From positions 270,001-302,000 of the forward strand of contig FP565575.1 in assembly GCA_000091165.1 (NCBI GenBank): a DNA stretch of 32,000 nt, in the 5' to 3' direction. The position numbers and the translations under genes are program-made. Source of the DNA: Candidatus Methylomirabilis oxygeniifera. GTDB taxonomy: Bacteria; Methylomirabilota; Methylomirabilia; Methylomirabilales; Methylomirabilaceae. The notes under the pieces are model-generated. The model ran no database searches. It was not told the origin of the DNA and saw only the letters and a program-made list of their open reading frames with translations. This document shows positions 9,060-17,906 of the stretch, piece by piece. Position 1 is the stretch's first letter, and every line of letters begins with the position of its first letter.

Positions 9060-9815
9060 ATGACGGACGGTAACAAGCTTCCATCCTGGAGTCAGATTCT
9101 GCTCGCGGGTGTCCTGGTTGCCCTGGTCGGAGGGGCCTTCTGGCTGAAGAGCAGGCCGACGATGCCGATCGGCGCGACCGCAGGCCTTGAATCGGTCTCA
9201 TCCATTCTTGAGCAGGGCATTCAGGCCCACAATGCCCGGCAGTACGAGCAGGCAGTGGAGTGGTACCATCGCGTGCTGGCGCAGGACCCCGGACACCCTG
9301 TCGCCCATTACAACCTGGGACAGATCTATACCGTCCAGGGACAGCCGGCCAAGGCCCAGTGGGAATACGAGGCGGTGCTGAGGGCCGATCCGCGCCATCT
9401 GGATGCATGGATCAATCTCGGGGTTGCGCTCTATCGGCAGCGCAAGTTTCAAGAGGCGGCGGAGGCATCCCGCCAAGCCCTGACACTCTCACCCCGTCAC
9501 CCGATGGCGCTCTTCAACTTGGGGGTGACGCTACTCGAAATGGACCGGCCGGATCAGGCGATTACGTGGCTGACAGCCGCATTGCAGGAAGACCAGAAGC
9601 GCGCCGATACCCACTACTATCTGGGACACGCCTACCTGAAGCAGCAACGTGTCGCCGAGGCCAGGCGATCACTGGAGAAGGCGATAGCGCTGAATCCGGA
9701 TCTGCAGATGGCCCATCTCACCCTCGCCAAGCTGGCTCGCCAACAGGGCGACTCAAAGGGCGTCCAGGAGGCGCTGAAAGGCGTGACGGGCCTCCTCCCC
9801 GGTCAGAAGCGGTAG
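9060..9815 (+). CDS. Membrane-anchored TPR protein
   Basis: N-terminal TM (ILLAGVLVALVGGAFWL) followed by TPR units HNARQYEQAVEWYHRVLAQDPGHPVAHYNLGQIY, KFQEAAEASRQALTLSPRHPMALFNLG and others. Confidence 0.88.
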   Translation: MTDGNKLPSWSQILLAGVLVALVGGAFWLKSRPTMPIGATAGLESVSSILEQGIQAHNARQYEQAVEWYHRVLAQDPGHPVAHYNLGQIYTVQGQPAKAQWEYEAVLRADPRHLDAWINLGVALYRQRKFQEAAEASRQALTLSPRHPMALFNLGVTLLEMDRPDQAITWLTAALQEDQKRADTHYYLGHAYLKQQRVAEARRSLEKAIALNPDLQMAHLTLAKLARQQGDSKGVQEALKGVTGLLPGQKR

Positions 9816-9844
9816 GAAATCACTGCTGTCAAAACCCTGTCAAA

Positions 9845-9966
9845 ACCCCCTTCATCCCCCTTTCTCAAAGGGGGAAATATGGTGAATACCCCTCTTTGGA
9901 AAAGAGGGGCGAGGGGAGATTTGAATGATCTGAAAACCCCCTCAATCCCCCTTTTTCAAAGGGGGA
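9845..9966. repeat. Cluster of three palindromic C-run/G-run repeats
   Basis: ccccctttctcaaaggggg (9856-9874), cccctctttggaaaagagggg (9889-9909), ccccctttttcaaaggggg (9947-9965). Confidence 0.9.
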
Positions 9967-10050
9967 GGTTGCTTGAGATGTTATGCAAGAGTGCCATCTA
10001 TTGAGTGCTCCCCTTAATATGTCGGACACGTATGAGGAAGGGTTGGATCG

Positions 10051-11019
10051 CTACCGATGGGTATCGGTCTGGAGGGGTCGTGTGGGCGCCTGTTGCACAT
10101 CCAGGACCAGGGCCTGCAGCAGGAGTTGGAAGCCGATAATCAGCGGCAGCACCGATAGCATGACCGTGCCGGTCGGCGTGAGGGCCCCCTCCATGGCGCT
10201 CCTGATCCAGTGGTAGGCGCCGAACGCGATGCCGAAGGTCGTGAGCGGAACGCCGCAGAGCAGGAAGAGCGAGACCGCATTGAAATCCGCAATGAAGTAG
10301 CGCCACAGTACCCGTCGGACGCCGTCGCGCAGACACAGCCACGGGAAGACCAGCAAGGTGTGGCCGATGCTCAGATGGCTCCGCTCGCTGCCGTAACGCG
10401 CGGGGATGGCGATATCCCCGACAACCGCCCCGAGGGCGCCCAGCATGATCAGGATCGAGCTCTCGAAGAAGTAGCGCGGGTGAAGCCGCTTCAGATCGAG
10501 CATCTCCAGGACGGCGCGGTGGATCGCGGTGTAACCGTTGGTGGGATCGAAGATGTGCCACTGACCGCTGGCCGCCTTGATCAGGAAGGAGAGCCCGGCA
10601 TTGCCGACCTTTCGCAGGAACGGCATCCGCCGAAGCGCCGTCGCGTCGTGGAAGCGGTTGCCTTTGACATAGTCGGCCCGCCGCTCCAGGAGCGGCCGGA
10701 TCAGGTCGGTGAGATACGCCGGGTCCATCTGGTCGTCGGCGTCCATCTTGACGCAAATGTCGATCCCATGTCGGAGCGCCTCACTGTATCCCGTCACCAT
10801 CGCCGCGCCGACGCCCCGATTCACCGGATGGCTCAGGAGCGCAACCCGCGGGTCGCGGCGTGCCTGGACCAGGGCCGACGTCCCGTCGCCGCTGCCGTCG
10901 TCCACGACGTAGACGGCATCAACCCACTCCGGGATGCCGTTCAACACCTGCTCGATGGTGTCGCGGGCATGGTAGGCGGGGATGATGACGGCGACCCGCA
11001 GCCCTTCAGTTGTTGCCAC
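10051..11019 (-). CDS. GT2 glycosyltransferase, polyprenyl-phosphate sugar synthase (DPM1-like) with C-terminal TM segments
   Basis: VAVIIPAYHARDTIEQVLNGIPEWVDAVYVVDDGSGDGTSALV...DICVKMDADDQMDP (DxD). Likely GTG start at 11019 (VATTEGLRVAVIIPAY); the ORF remains open upstream to 11151. Confidence 0.85.
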   Translation of the reverse strand: MATTEGLRVAVIIPAYHARDTIEQVLNGIPEWVDAVYVVDDGSGDGTSALVQARRDPRVALLSHPVNRGVGAAMVTGYSEALRHGIDICVKMDADDQMDPAYLTDLIRPLLERRADYVKGNRFHDATALRRMPFLRKVGNAGLSFLIKAASGQWHIFDPTNGYTAIHRAVLEMLDLKRLHPRYFFESSILIMLGALGAVVGDIAIPARYGSERSHLSIGHTLLVFPWLCLRDGVRRVLWRYFIADFNAVSLFLLCGVPLTTFGIAFGAYHWIRSAMEGALTPTGTVMLSVLPLIIGFQLLLQALVLDVQQAPTRPLQTDTHR

Positions 11020-11024
11020 GCGCG

Positions 11025-13241
11025 TTACCCCTGACCGGCAGACCTGGACGGGCCGGCCATGCGCGCGTCCAGTCCGGCGAATCGAGATCCGACAAGAACG
11101 GTCAGCAGCAAGGTCACCGCTCCCAGCCAGAGCAGTCCGGTCTTGTACCATGGCGGTCGGTAGATTGCCGTGAGGCGATGCGGACCTGCCGACACCTCGA
11201 CCCCGATGAAGCTCGGTGACACCATGAACGGGCGCGCGTCGCGTCCATCAATGGTGACGTGCCAGTTCGGATGGTAGGTCGTCTTGATGGCGATGGTCGC
11301 GGCGTGGGCGCACTCCACCTGCAGATCGAGCCTGCCGGGCAGGATCTGCTCCTCTGTGATTCTCCCGCCGTCCGGGCATCCCGGGCCGGACGCGTCGAAG
11401 TATCCCTCGTCTGGTGAGGGGTACTCGTATCGAATGAACCGCCCGGCCGCAGGATCAGGGCCCTCGAGCCACCGGCGATTCTCGTCGAGCAGGGTCGCCT
11501 GAGAATCGGTGCGAATCCCCCTGACGATATTGACAAACCCGGCGTATCCATCGGTCTTTGCCTCGTAGAGCGTGTAACGGCCGGTCCTTTCCAGCGGTCG
11601 CAGGAACTCCGGCATGGCGAGACCGGCCGGTGCGACCACGTAGCGCGCATTAAAGACATTGTAGTGGGCCGGATCGCGATCGTCAAAATGCCAGATCATG
11701 TCGGAGTTGAGGGAGAAACCCGAATACGGGGGCGATACCGCGGGGATCCGGTAAAAGGTCAGCAGGTCGTAGAAGTGCAGGTCTCCAAACTGTACCGTCT
11801 TCCCCCAGTTGGCCCGCAGGCCGACATAGGTTCGTCCTGGCGGCAGATCTTTGAGCGCCGCTAAGATCGTTCTGGCGTCGGCGTCGGCGTCGACGGCACG
11901 CTGTGTACGTTCCATCCACTGTGCATTCAGCGCGTAAAAGTGTCGTCTCTCTGCTAACGGCGGGATCAACAGAACGACAACGGCACATACGCCGACGGCC
12001 CCGCGCCAACGGGTGACGGCAGGGCTGAGCAGATGCCACAACCACTCTCCTCCCAGTCCGATCAGCATGATCGCCCCGATATTCACGCCGCCGATGAAGC
12101 GATGATACAGCATGCCTTTATGCATGGGGATGAGGTCGGCCAGCGCTCCCCACGTGACCCGTCCAAAAAACAGCAACAGCCACATCCCGAAGATCGACAG
12201 GCCGAGCGCTCCGTGCCGGCCTCGACGCGCGACGGCGGAGGCGATTCCAAGCGCCAGGAGCGCCGTCAGGACCGGAAGGCGGTCGAAATCCAGCAGGTCC
12301 CCGTTGATCAACCAGCCCAGAATGGCGTGAGCCCCGAAGGAGTCGTACTTCCAACGCTGAAGGTACGGGCTGAAACCCAGGAACGGATTGAACAGTACGA
12401 AGGGGAGCCAGAAGTACGACGTGATGACGGCCGAGACTCCCGCGACGATCAGTAATCGCATGATGCGCAATCGGACGTTGTCCCGCCGTATGCCGACCAG
12501 AAGGGAGGCGACCATCGTCAGCCCCATGATAAAGCTATACAGCAGATGCGATAGAACCAGTGTGGATGCGGCAACGATCGCACCGAGGTAGCCTTGACCC
12601 GTTCTCATAACATGGATCAGACAACCGAGGCTCAGAAACGACAGATGCATCGCCCACAGTTGACTGTACATCCCGAAGCCGCGCCAGATGTAGCTGTCAT
12701 ATTCGAACCCGTAATGATGATCGGCTGAGATCAATGTGGCGCTTGCTGCGGCGACCCCTGCTGCGATCGACGAGAATCCGATCCGACGCATCGACCAGTA
12801 GACGGACAGCGGAAACCCGACCAGGAGCAGATATCGGATGAGATTGAAAAGAGTCAGCAGTTCGAATTGCCCCAGGAGGATGCGGTGCAGCAGCACGACG
12901 GTCAGATGCGGCAGATGCTGATAGGTGCTGGCAATCGGGAACCCAAGCTCAAGCTCAGGGTTCCAGTGATCGATGAGATTGTCCCCCGTCGCCCACGCCC
13001 GGCTGATACCTTGAATGAGCAGAAAATGCACGGCATTATCGTTCAGGCTGGGGATTGGGCGCGAGAGCTCAGGCAGCAGTGTCACGGCATTGAAGAGGAT
13101 TGGGATCAGCAGAAGAAGGACCACGACGCAAGAGCTGTTGTAGGTGACAGCATCGTTGGAAACACGACAGTCAATCCGGTCCGATATAAAAGCGCGGCGT
13201 ATGCTCATTGTCATATACAAAGAATCAGGTCTTGCATTCAC
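11025..13241 (-). CDS. Large multi-pass membrane protein, YfhO/PTPS-related GT-C-like
   Basis: 738-aa ORF with many TM helices. Acidic motif SLNDNAVHFLLIQGISRAW in the first loop and a C-terminal soluble domain (VRGIRTDSQATLLDENRRWLEGP). Start ambiguous: 13241 or a downstream Met. Confidence 0.8.
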   Translation of the reverse strand: MNARPDSLYMTMSIRRAFISDRIDCRVSNDAVTYNSSCVVVLLLLIPILFNAVTLLPELSRPIPSLNDNAVHFLLIQGISRAWATGDNLIDHWNPELELGFPIASTYQHLPHLTVVLLHRILLGQFELLTLFNLIRYLLLVGFPLSVYWSMRRIGFSSIAAGVAAASATLISADHHYGFEYDSYIWRGFGMYSQLWAMHLSFLSLGCLIHVMRTGQGYLGAIVAASTLVLSHLLYSFIMGLTMVASLLVGIRRDNVRLRIMRLLIVAGVSAVITSYFWLPFVLFNPFLGFSPYLQRWKYDSFGAHAILGWLINGDLLDFDRLPVLTALLALGIASAVARRGRHGALGLSIFGMWLLLFFGRVTWGALADLIPMHKGMLYHRFIGGVNIGAIMLIGLGGEWLWHLLSPAVTRWRGAVGVCAVVVLLIPPLAERRHFYALNAQWMERTQRAVDADADARTILAALKDLPPGRTYVGLRANWGKTVQFGDLHFYDLLTFYRIPAVSPPYSGFSLNSDMIWHFDDRDPAHYNVFNARYVVAPAGLAMPEFLRPLERTGRYTLYEAKTDGYAGFVNIVRGIRTDSQATLLDENRRWLEGPDPAAGRFIRYEYPSPDEGYFDASGPGCPDGGRITEEQILPGRLDLQVECAHAATIAIKTTYHPNWHVTIDGRDARPFMVSPSFIGVEVSAGPHRLTAIYRPPWYKTGLLWLGAVTLLLTVLVGSRFAGLDARMAGPSRSAGQG

Positions 13242-13300
13242 ACATAGTCCCGACTAGATTATTGTATACGAACCTGTCCTGTAAACTCTTATTTACGCTT

Positions 13301-13320
13301 TGACAGGCTCAGGGTGAACG
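13301..13320. repeat. Short dispersed repeat of the GACAGGCTCAGGGTGAACG type
   Basis: tgacaggctcagggtgaacg. A related inverted copy lies at about 31592..31617 (gaaccctgtcctcagcatggtcgaagg). Confidence 0.5.
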
Positions 13321-13514
13321 ATATGGGTATCGAACGCAGGAATATCGGTCCGTTCGCGCCGGGTCCGCTGAAGCCGTTGTGAGTAAGGGCGAACCGCACG
13401 AGCAGGGGTGTGCAGGACAGGCGCATAGGTTTCGCCCATTGCGTATCGAAGCTTATGTCCGGGGTATGCGCCACCTCAATGGAGTCTCTAGCCGTGTGGG
13501 CTCCGACAAATCGC

Positions 13515-13543
13515 TTGACAAGGTTTTTGATCGTGCCTACAGT
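13515..13543 (+). promoter_or_regulatory. Sigma70-like promoter for the 13626 gene
   Basis: TTGACA (13515-13520), exactly 17-nt spacer, TACAGT (13538-13543), followed by an 82-nt leader. Confidence 0.5.
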
Positions 13544-13625
13544 ACGAGGGATTTCGCAGCATTCGCGGAACCAGGGTGTCTGTTAACCGCGTGACACGCC
13601 CTACATGATAGGGGAGGAGGTGGCT

Positions 13626-14576
13626 ATGAGATCGACCGTCCGAACTGTTCTGATCTGTTTGGTGGTGAGCCTTGGCGTCATCGTGAGCGCCGAGAAGAGC
13701 TGGGCCGGATTTGTGTCCGGGGGGTCCCGACTCATCTATTACTACAGTCAGCGTTCCCTCGTGAACCCGGGGGCCGGGAGCGGCACGGGTGCTACGATCC
13801 TGGCCGTGAAGAACAATTCGAGCGATGCAACCAAGGTGCAGATGAAGATCTTCAACGGCTCGACCTGCGCCGGCTTTGGTCCGGTGACCTTCGATCTGCC
13901 CGGAAATCAGAGCCTTCGGATCAATGTCTCGGATCATGTCTCGGCGACCCCGTTCCCGGAAGGGTGGGTGGATCTGTATGCGGTCAATTCGGGAGGCACG
14001 CCGATCCGATGGGATTACCTGACCGGGAAGTTCACGGTACTCGATTTTGGAGGGTCCTCCACGACTGTGGCGATCTCTCAGGCGGCCGCCATGTTCTCCG
14101 ACGCGAATCGGTCGAGCGACCCTCAGGGCGGGGTCATCGCCGATAACACCGACGCGCGGACGTGGGCGCCGCACCTTCAATCCGTCGACTTTTGGGCCAC
14201 AGGGGGGCCGTTTAACATCAGCGATCGTCTGGTGGTGGTTCCGGTCTCCAGTGTGCCTGGGACGGCCCCGGTCGCCTCTACCAGCGGGATCGGTCTCTCC
14301 TTCAAGACCTTGGCGGGTGCGGAGACACTGAATACGAGCGCCACCACTTCCTGCATGCTGGCCTCGTCTCTCCCGAGCCTTCACCCGGGTTTCTCCGCCT
14401 CCTACCCGAATGGCGCCACCGTGACGGATGGGGGCACTCTCAATCTCGTCGCTGACTCCTCCGGCACCAATAAAGGCAATGCCGGGTGGCTGTTCGAGAT
14501 GGCGACGTCCCCGCTGCTTCTGGGTGTGCATCCGATACAAGCATGGGCGGAGTTGGCGGTGGACGGTCACGAGTAG
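13626..14576 (+). CDS. Secreted protein of unknown function
   Basis: SD ggggaggaggt before ATG 13626. Signal peptide MRSTVRTVLICLVVSLGVIVSAEKSWAG, then a beta-rich sequence without a recognised motif. Confidence 0.8.
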   Translation: MRSTVRTVLICLVVSLGVIVSAEKSWAGFVSGGSRLIYYYSQRSLVNPGAGSGTGATILAVKNNSSDATKVQMKIFNGSTCAGFGPVTFDLPGNQSLRINVSDHVSATPFPEGWVDLYAVNSGGTPIRWDYLTGKFTVLDFGGSSTTVAISQAAAMFSDANRSSDPQGGVIADNTDARTWAPHLQSVDFWATGGPFNISDRLVVVPVSSVPGTAPVASTSGIGLSFKTLAGAETLNTSATTSCMLASSLPSLHPGFSASYPNGATVTDGGTLNLVADSSGTNKGNAGWLFEMATSPLLLGVHPIQAWAELAVDGHE

Positions 14577-14629
14577 TCGTATCGGGCGCTCCGGATTGTC
14601 CGCTCGTCCTCACACACCTGCAACTCGCG

Positions 14630-14672
14630 AACGCCTTCCCAATGGGCTGTGGAAGCCCATTGGGAAGGCGTT
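14630..14672. promoter_or_regulatory. Perfect 19-bp inverted repeat with 5-nt loop between the secreted-protein gene and the exosortase-like gene
   Basis: aacgccttcccaatgggct (14630-14648), gtgga loop, agcccattgggaaggcgtt (14654-14672). No T run follows. Confidence 0.95.
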
Positions 14673-15645
14673 GCTGTATGGGCTCGGGCTCATGTTGGTG
14701 CAATGGGGGCTCGAGCGGGGTACGTTTGTCGCCATCCTCACCGATCGCCTGGCGCAGGGCGTGCTGGTTGGTCTGCATCTGTTGGGTGTGCCGGCGAGGC
14801 TTGACGGGCTGGTGCTCCACGCCGGCGCGCTGAGTCAGCCGGTCTCGGCAAGCTGTCTGGGCCTGATCGCGGTGACCGGCTATCTCTCCGGCCTCCTCGC
14901 CGTACCGGCCGACTGGACGACGCGCTGGCGCGGGATCCGGCGCGACCTGCCGTTGCTGGTTCTTGGGAATGCGATTCGACTGTCGGCGCTCGGGATCCTC
15001 ATCACCGTATCTGTCTCAGCCTTTCAGTTTGCGCATGCGATTCTCATGGGGGCGGTTGCGCCGCTGGCCCTGATCGGGCTGTGGGGCTTCTGGTTCTACA
15101 AGGACCTGGGCGCGCTGTCGGCGTATCCCTGGCGCTTCGCCAGAGACGTGTCCCTCGCGCTGCCTCTGGCAATCGGGCTTTGGTGGCTGCTGCTTGACCC
15201 GTATGCGGTCGGGCTGTCGGTGGTGATCAAGGCGGCCCTGAGCGGCCTCGTCGGGATGCCGATTGTCGGGACCGGGGTGGTGGAGGACGGCTTCAAACGC
15301 CTCCTCGACTTTCAATTGCCGGACGGCGGTTTCCGCATCGAGATGGGCGGCCGCAGCCTGGCCCTCGCTCCGTTGATCGCCTTGATCGGCGCCTCGCCCA
15401 TCCCCTGGACGCGGCGGATTGGGCTGGGAGGTCTCGGTCTGACGATCCAGTTCGGGCTCCATGCCATGGAGGTGGTCGGACTGGTTCTCCTGGGTCGGAT
15501 CGCTCCTCCGGTGGTCCCGGCGGTCGAGGCGCTTTCGGATTACCTCGCCCTTGCCTCCGGTCCGTTCTTGTGGCTGCTGCTCGCGGCTCCGTCTTCAGCG
15601 TGGTGGGCGCTTGAGGGAGAGGGCCGTCGCGCGCGATCTGTCTGA
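14671..15645 (+). CDS. Divergent exosortase/archaeosortase-like integral membrane protein
   Basis: LLGVPARLDGLVLHAGALSQPVSASCLGLIAVTGYLSG...LPLLVLGNAIRLSALGILI...FQFAHAILMG. This reproduces the exosortase Cys / N-x-x-R / His arrangement (Cys codon 14854, Arg 14977, His 15034). Start TTG 14671 or ATG 14692. Confidence 0.62.
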   Translation: MLYGLGLMLVQWGLERGTFVAILTDRLAQGVLVGLHLLGVPARLDGLVLHAGALSQPVSASCLGLIAVTGYLSGLLAVPADWTTRWRGIRRDLPLLVLGNAIRLSALGILITVSVSAFQFAHAILMGAVAPLALIGLWGFWFYKDLGALSAYPWRFARDVSLALPLAIGLWWLLLDPYAVGLSVVIKAALSGLVGMPIVGTGVVEDGFKRLLDFQLPDGGFRIEMGGRSLALAPLIALIGASPIPWTRRIGLGGLGLTIQFGLHAMEVVGLVLLGRIAPPVVPAVEALSDYLALASGPFLWLLLAAPSSAWWALEGEGRRARSV

Positions 15646-15779
15646 GTCTGTGTGGTGTCCCTCGCTATAAGAACGGACCCCGAGCTATTGGCGACACGGA
15701 TTGCCTTTTGCTCTACAAGAAGGGTATAGTCTGAGCGACGGTGGTGTAGACGACTGCGTCAGCCGGGAGCTGGTACGCG

Positions 15780-17141
15780 ATGGCGGCAACGGTGACACGA
15801 AAGGTTCTGCTCGTCAATCCGAGCTGGGATGGGCTGGTAAGCCGAAAGGGACGCCGGTTTAATCGCACCTGGCCTCCCCTTGATCTCCTGAATTGCGCGG
15901 CGCTGCTGGAGCAGGACGGGCTGAGCGTCGGCCTCATCGATGCCCGCGCCGTGCCCACCACGCCGGAGACGATTCGAGACGCCGCAGCGCGACACGATCT
16001 GGTCTTCGTGACCTCGTCGCCGATCGACCGGTGGCAATGCCCCAACCTCGATCTGGGCCCATTCCTGGCCGTTACACACCTGGTGGAACCCGACAAGCTG
16101 TACGTAATGGGGACGCATGGGACCGTTGCGCCTGGAGAGCTGCTTCATATGACGCAGGCGCGAGCCATCGTCCGTGGCGAGCCTGAGCCGGCGGTCCGAG
16201 CGCTTTGTGAGGGCAAAGACCCTTCTGAGGTCCCGGGTGTGACCTATCTGCAAGAGGGCACAACTATCCATAATCCGGAAGGGAACCCCGTGGATCTGAC
16301 GACCCTGCCGATGCCCGCCTTTCATCTCCTCGACCTTCGCAACTACCGGTACGAAATTCTCGGCGGAAGATTTGCCCTGCTTGAGACGACGCGCGGCTGT
16401 CACCACCGGTGCCATTTCTGCCTTCTCAAGATGTACGGCAAAGGCTACCGCAAGAAAGACCCCGAGCAGGTTGTTCATGAGGTCACACATCTGGTTCGAG
16501 AAGCGGGAGCCAAGACAGGATACTTCATCGATCTGGAGTTCACCGCGGTCCGTGACGACGTCCGGGATCTGTGTGAGCGACTGGTGTCGGCCGGGTTGCC
16601 CTTCGAGTGGGCGTGCCAGACCAGGGCCGATTATGTGGACGGGCCGCTTCTGAAGCTGATGAAGCGCGCCGGCTGTCGGCTGATCCACTTTGGCGTTGAA
16701 AGCGGCTCGCCCCGTATCCTGGCTGCAACGAATAAGCGGATTACCCTTGAGCAGATCGAACGCGGAATTGCGGAGACGAAGCAGTCAGGGATCGATCAAC
16801 TGTGTTTCTTCATGTTCGGCTTCCCGGGTGAAACCGCCGGGGATATGGAGGCGACGATCGCGTTCGCCAAGCGGCTGAGCCCCACCTATGCGTCATTTCA
16901 TGCCGTGACCCCCTACATGGGCACGAAGCTGTATGAGATGAGCGGCTCCTCGGAGCTGTTCCCTGAAGTGCTGAGCAAGGAGCACGACCCCCTCATCCTT
17001 CAGGCGATCGCCAACCGGGCCTTTCGTGAGTTTTACCTGCGGCCGGCAATGCTCTGGTCCAGGGTGCGTAGGGTGGACGTTCGTCTTTGGCGCAGGCAGG
17101 CCGCACTGTTCTGGCACTACGTGCGACCAGCCTTGACCTAG
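15780..17141 (+). CDS. Radical SAM protein with N-terminal cobalamin-binding-like domain
   Basis: VLLVNPSW...PPLDLLNCAALLEQDGLSVGLIDA, then TTRGCHHRCHFCLLKMYGKGYRKK (CxxxCxxC) and FGVESGSPRILAATNKRITLEQI. Confidence 0.92.
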   Translation: MAATVTRKVLLVNPSWDGLVSRKGRRFNRTWPPLDLLNCAALLEQDGLSVGLIDARAVPTTPETIRDAAARHDLVFVTSSPIDRWQCPNLDLGPFLAVTHLVEPDKLYVMGTHGTVAPGELLHMTQARAIVRGEPEPAVRALCEGKDPSEVPGVTYLQEGTTIHNPEGNPVDLTTLPMPAFHLLDLRNYRYEILGGRFALLETTRGCHHRCHFCLLKMYGKGYRKKDPEQVVHEVTHLVREAGAKTGYFIDLEFTAVRDDVRDLCERLVSAGLPFEWACQTRADYVDGPLLKLMKRAGCRLIHFGVESGSPRILAATNKRITLEQIERGIAETKQSGIDQLCFFMFGFPGETAGDMEATIAFAKRLSPTYASFHAVTPYMGTKLYEMSGSSELFPEVLSKEHDPLILQAIANRAFREFYLRPAMLWSRVRRVDVRLWRRQAALFWHYVRPALT

Positions 17142-17153
17142 GCTCTTTCCGTC

Positions 17154-17906
17154 ATGCCCCAAGACCCGCTTGGCACTCGCCGGCCCCGGGTTCCACTGAC
17201 GTTCATTATCCCGGCCTATAACGAAGAAGCCATCGTTGCCGCCAACGTCGACCGGCTCAGGTGCTACCTGAAAGACCGGGAGATTACGACGTATGAAATG
17301 CTCCTGGTCAGCAACGGCTCGACCGACCGGACCGTCGAGATCGCCAGGGCAAGCGCAGCAGGCCGCGTGGACCTCACGGTCATTGAGTTGCCGCGGCGCG
17401 GCGTGGGCCGCGCATTCAAGGCCGGGATGGCGCGCGCGCATTATGACCGGGTAGTGTGCCTCGATCTGGATCTTACCATCGATCTCGACTTCATTACGGC
17501 TGCGGCGGAAGGACTCGACACGGCGGACATCGTCATCGGTTCCAAGCAGACCGGGGGGCAGCAGCGCTCGTGGATCCGACGGCTGGCAAGCGCGGCGTTT
17601 ATCGTCTGCACGCGCCGGTTACTTCACCTCACGTTTACGGACTACTCGATCGGCGCCAAGGCGTTTCGGACCGCCTCTATACGGCCATATCTCCCCCATC
17701 TTGCCGATCAGAGCGCCTATATCCTGCAACTGATCGCCTGGGGGCATCGCGACGGCGTCGCCATTGCTGAGATTCCGGTCTGGTGCGACGATCGGAGAAA
17801 GAGTCGTTTCAACCTCATCCACGAGGGCTTCTATCGCTTCGGCAGCCTGTTTGTGCTGTGGCTTCAGGAACGGCTGTGTTGGAGGAGAGGGATCGACGGG
17901 CGATGA
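17154..17906 (+). CDS. DPM1-like polyprenyl-phosphate glycosyltransferase (GT2)
   Basis: LTFIIPAYNEEAIVAANVDRL...MLLVSNGSTDRTVEIAR...VVCLDLDLTIDLDFI. Confidence 0.88.
   Translation: MPQDPLGTRRPRVPLTFIIPAYNEEAIVAANVDRLRCYLKDREITTYEMLLVSNGSTDRTVEIARASAAGRVDLTVIELPRRGVGRAFKAGMARAHYDRVVCLDLDLTIDLDFITAAAEGLDTADIVIGSKQTGGQQRSWIRRLASAAFIVCTRRLLHLTFTDYSIGAKAFRTASIRPYLPHLADQSAYILQLIAWGHRDGVAIAEIPVWCDDRRKSRFNLIHEGFYRFGSLFVLWLQERLCWRRGIDGR

Noticed and set aside
9845-9966. CRISPR array hypothesis for the regularly spaced palindromes
   Set aside because: Spacers are short, themselves repetitive and not unique. No cas genes are in the window.
13488-14570. 360-aa minus-strand ORF
   Set aside because: Antisense to the secreted-protein gene, which has a signal peptide and strong SD. 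The antisense translation is charged low-complexity.
13626-14576. Possible CTERM-tagged substrate adjacent to the exosortase-like gene
   Set aside because: Its C-terminus (FEMATSPLLLGVHPIQAWAELAVDGHE) has no motif + TM + basic-cluster sorting tail.
15759-16688. 309-aa minus-strand ORF
   Set aside because: Antisense to the radical SAM gene, whose CxxxCxxC motif and start are unambiguous.
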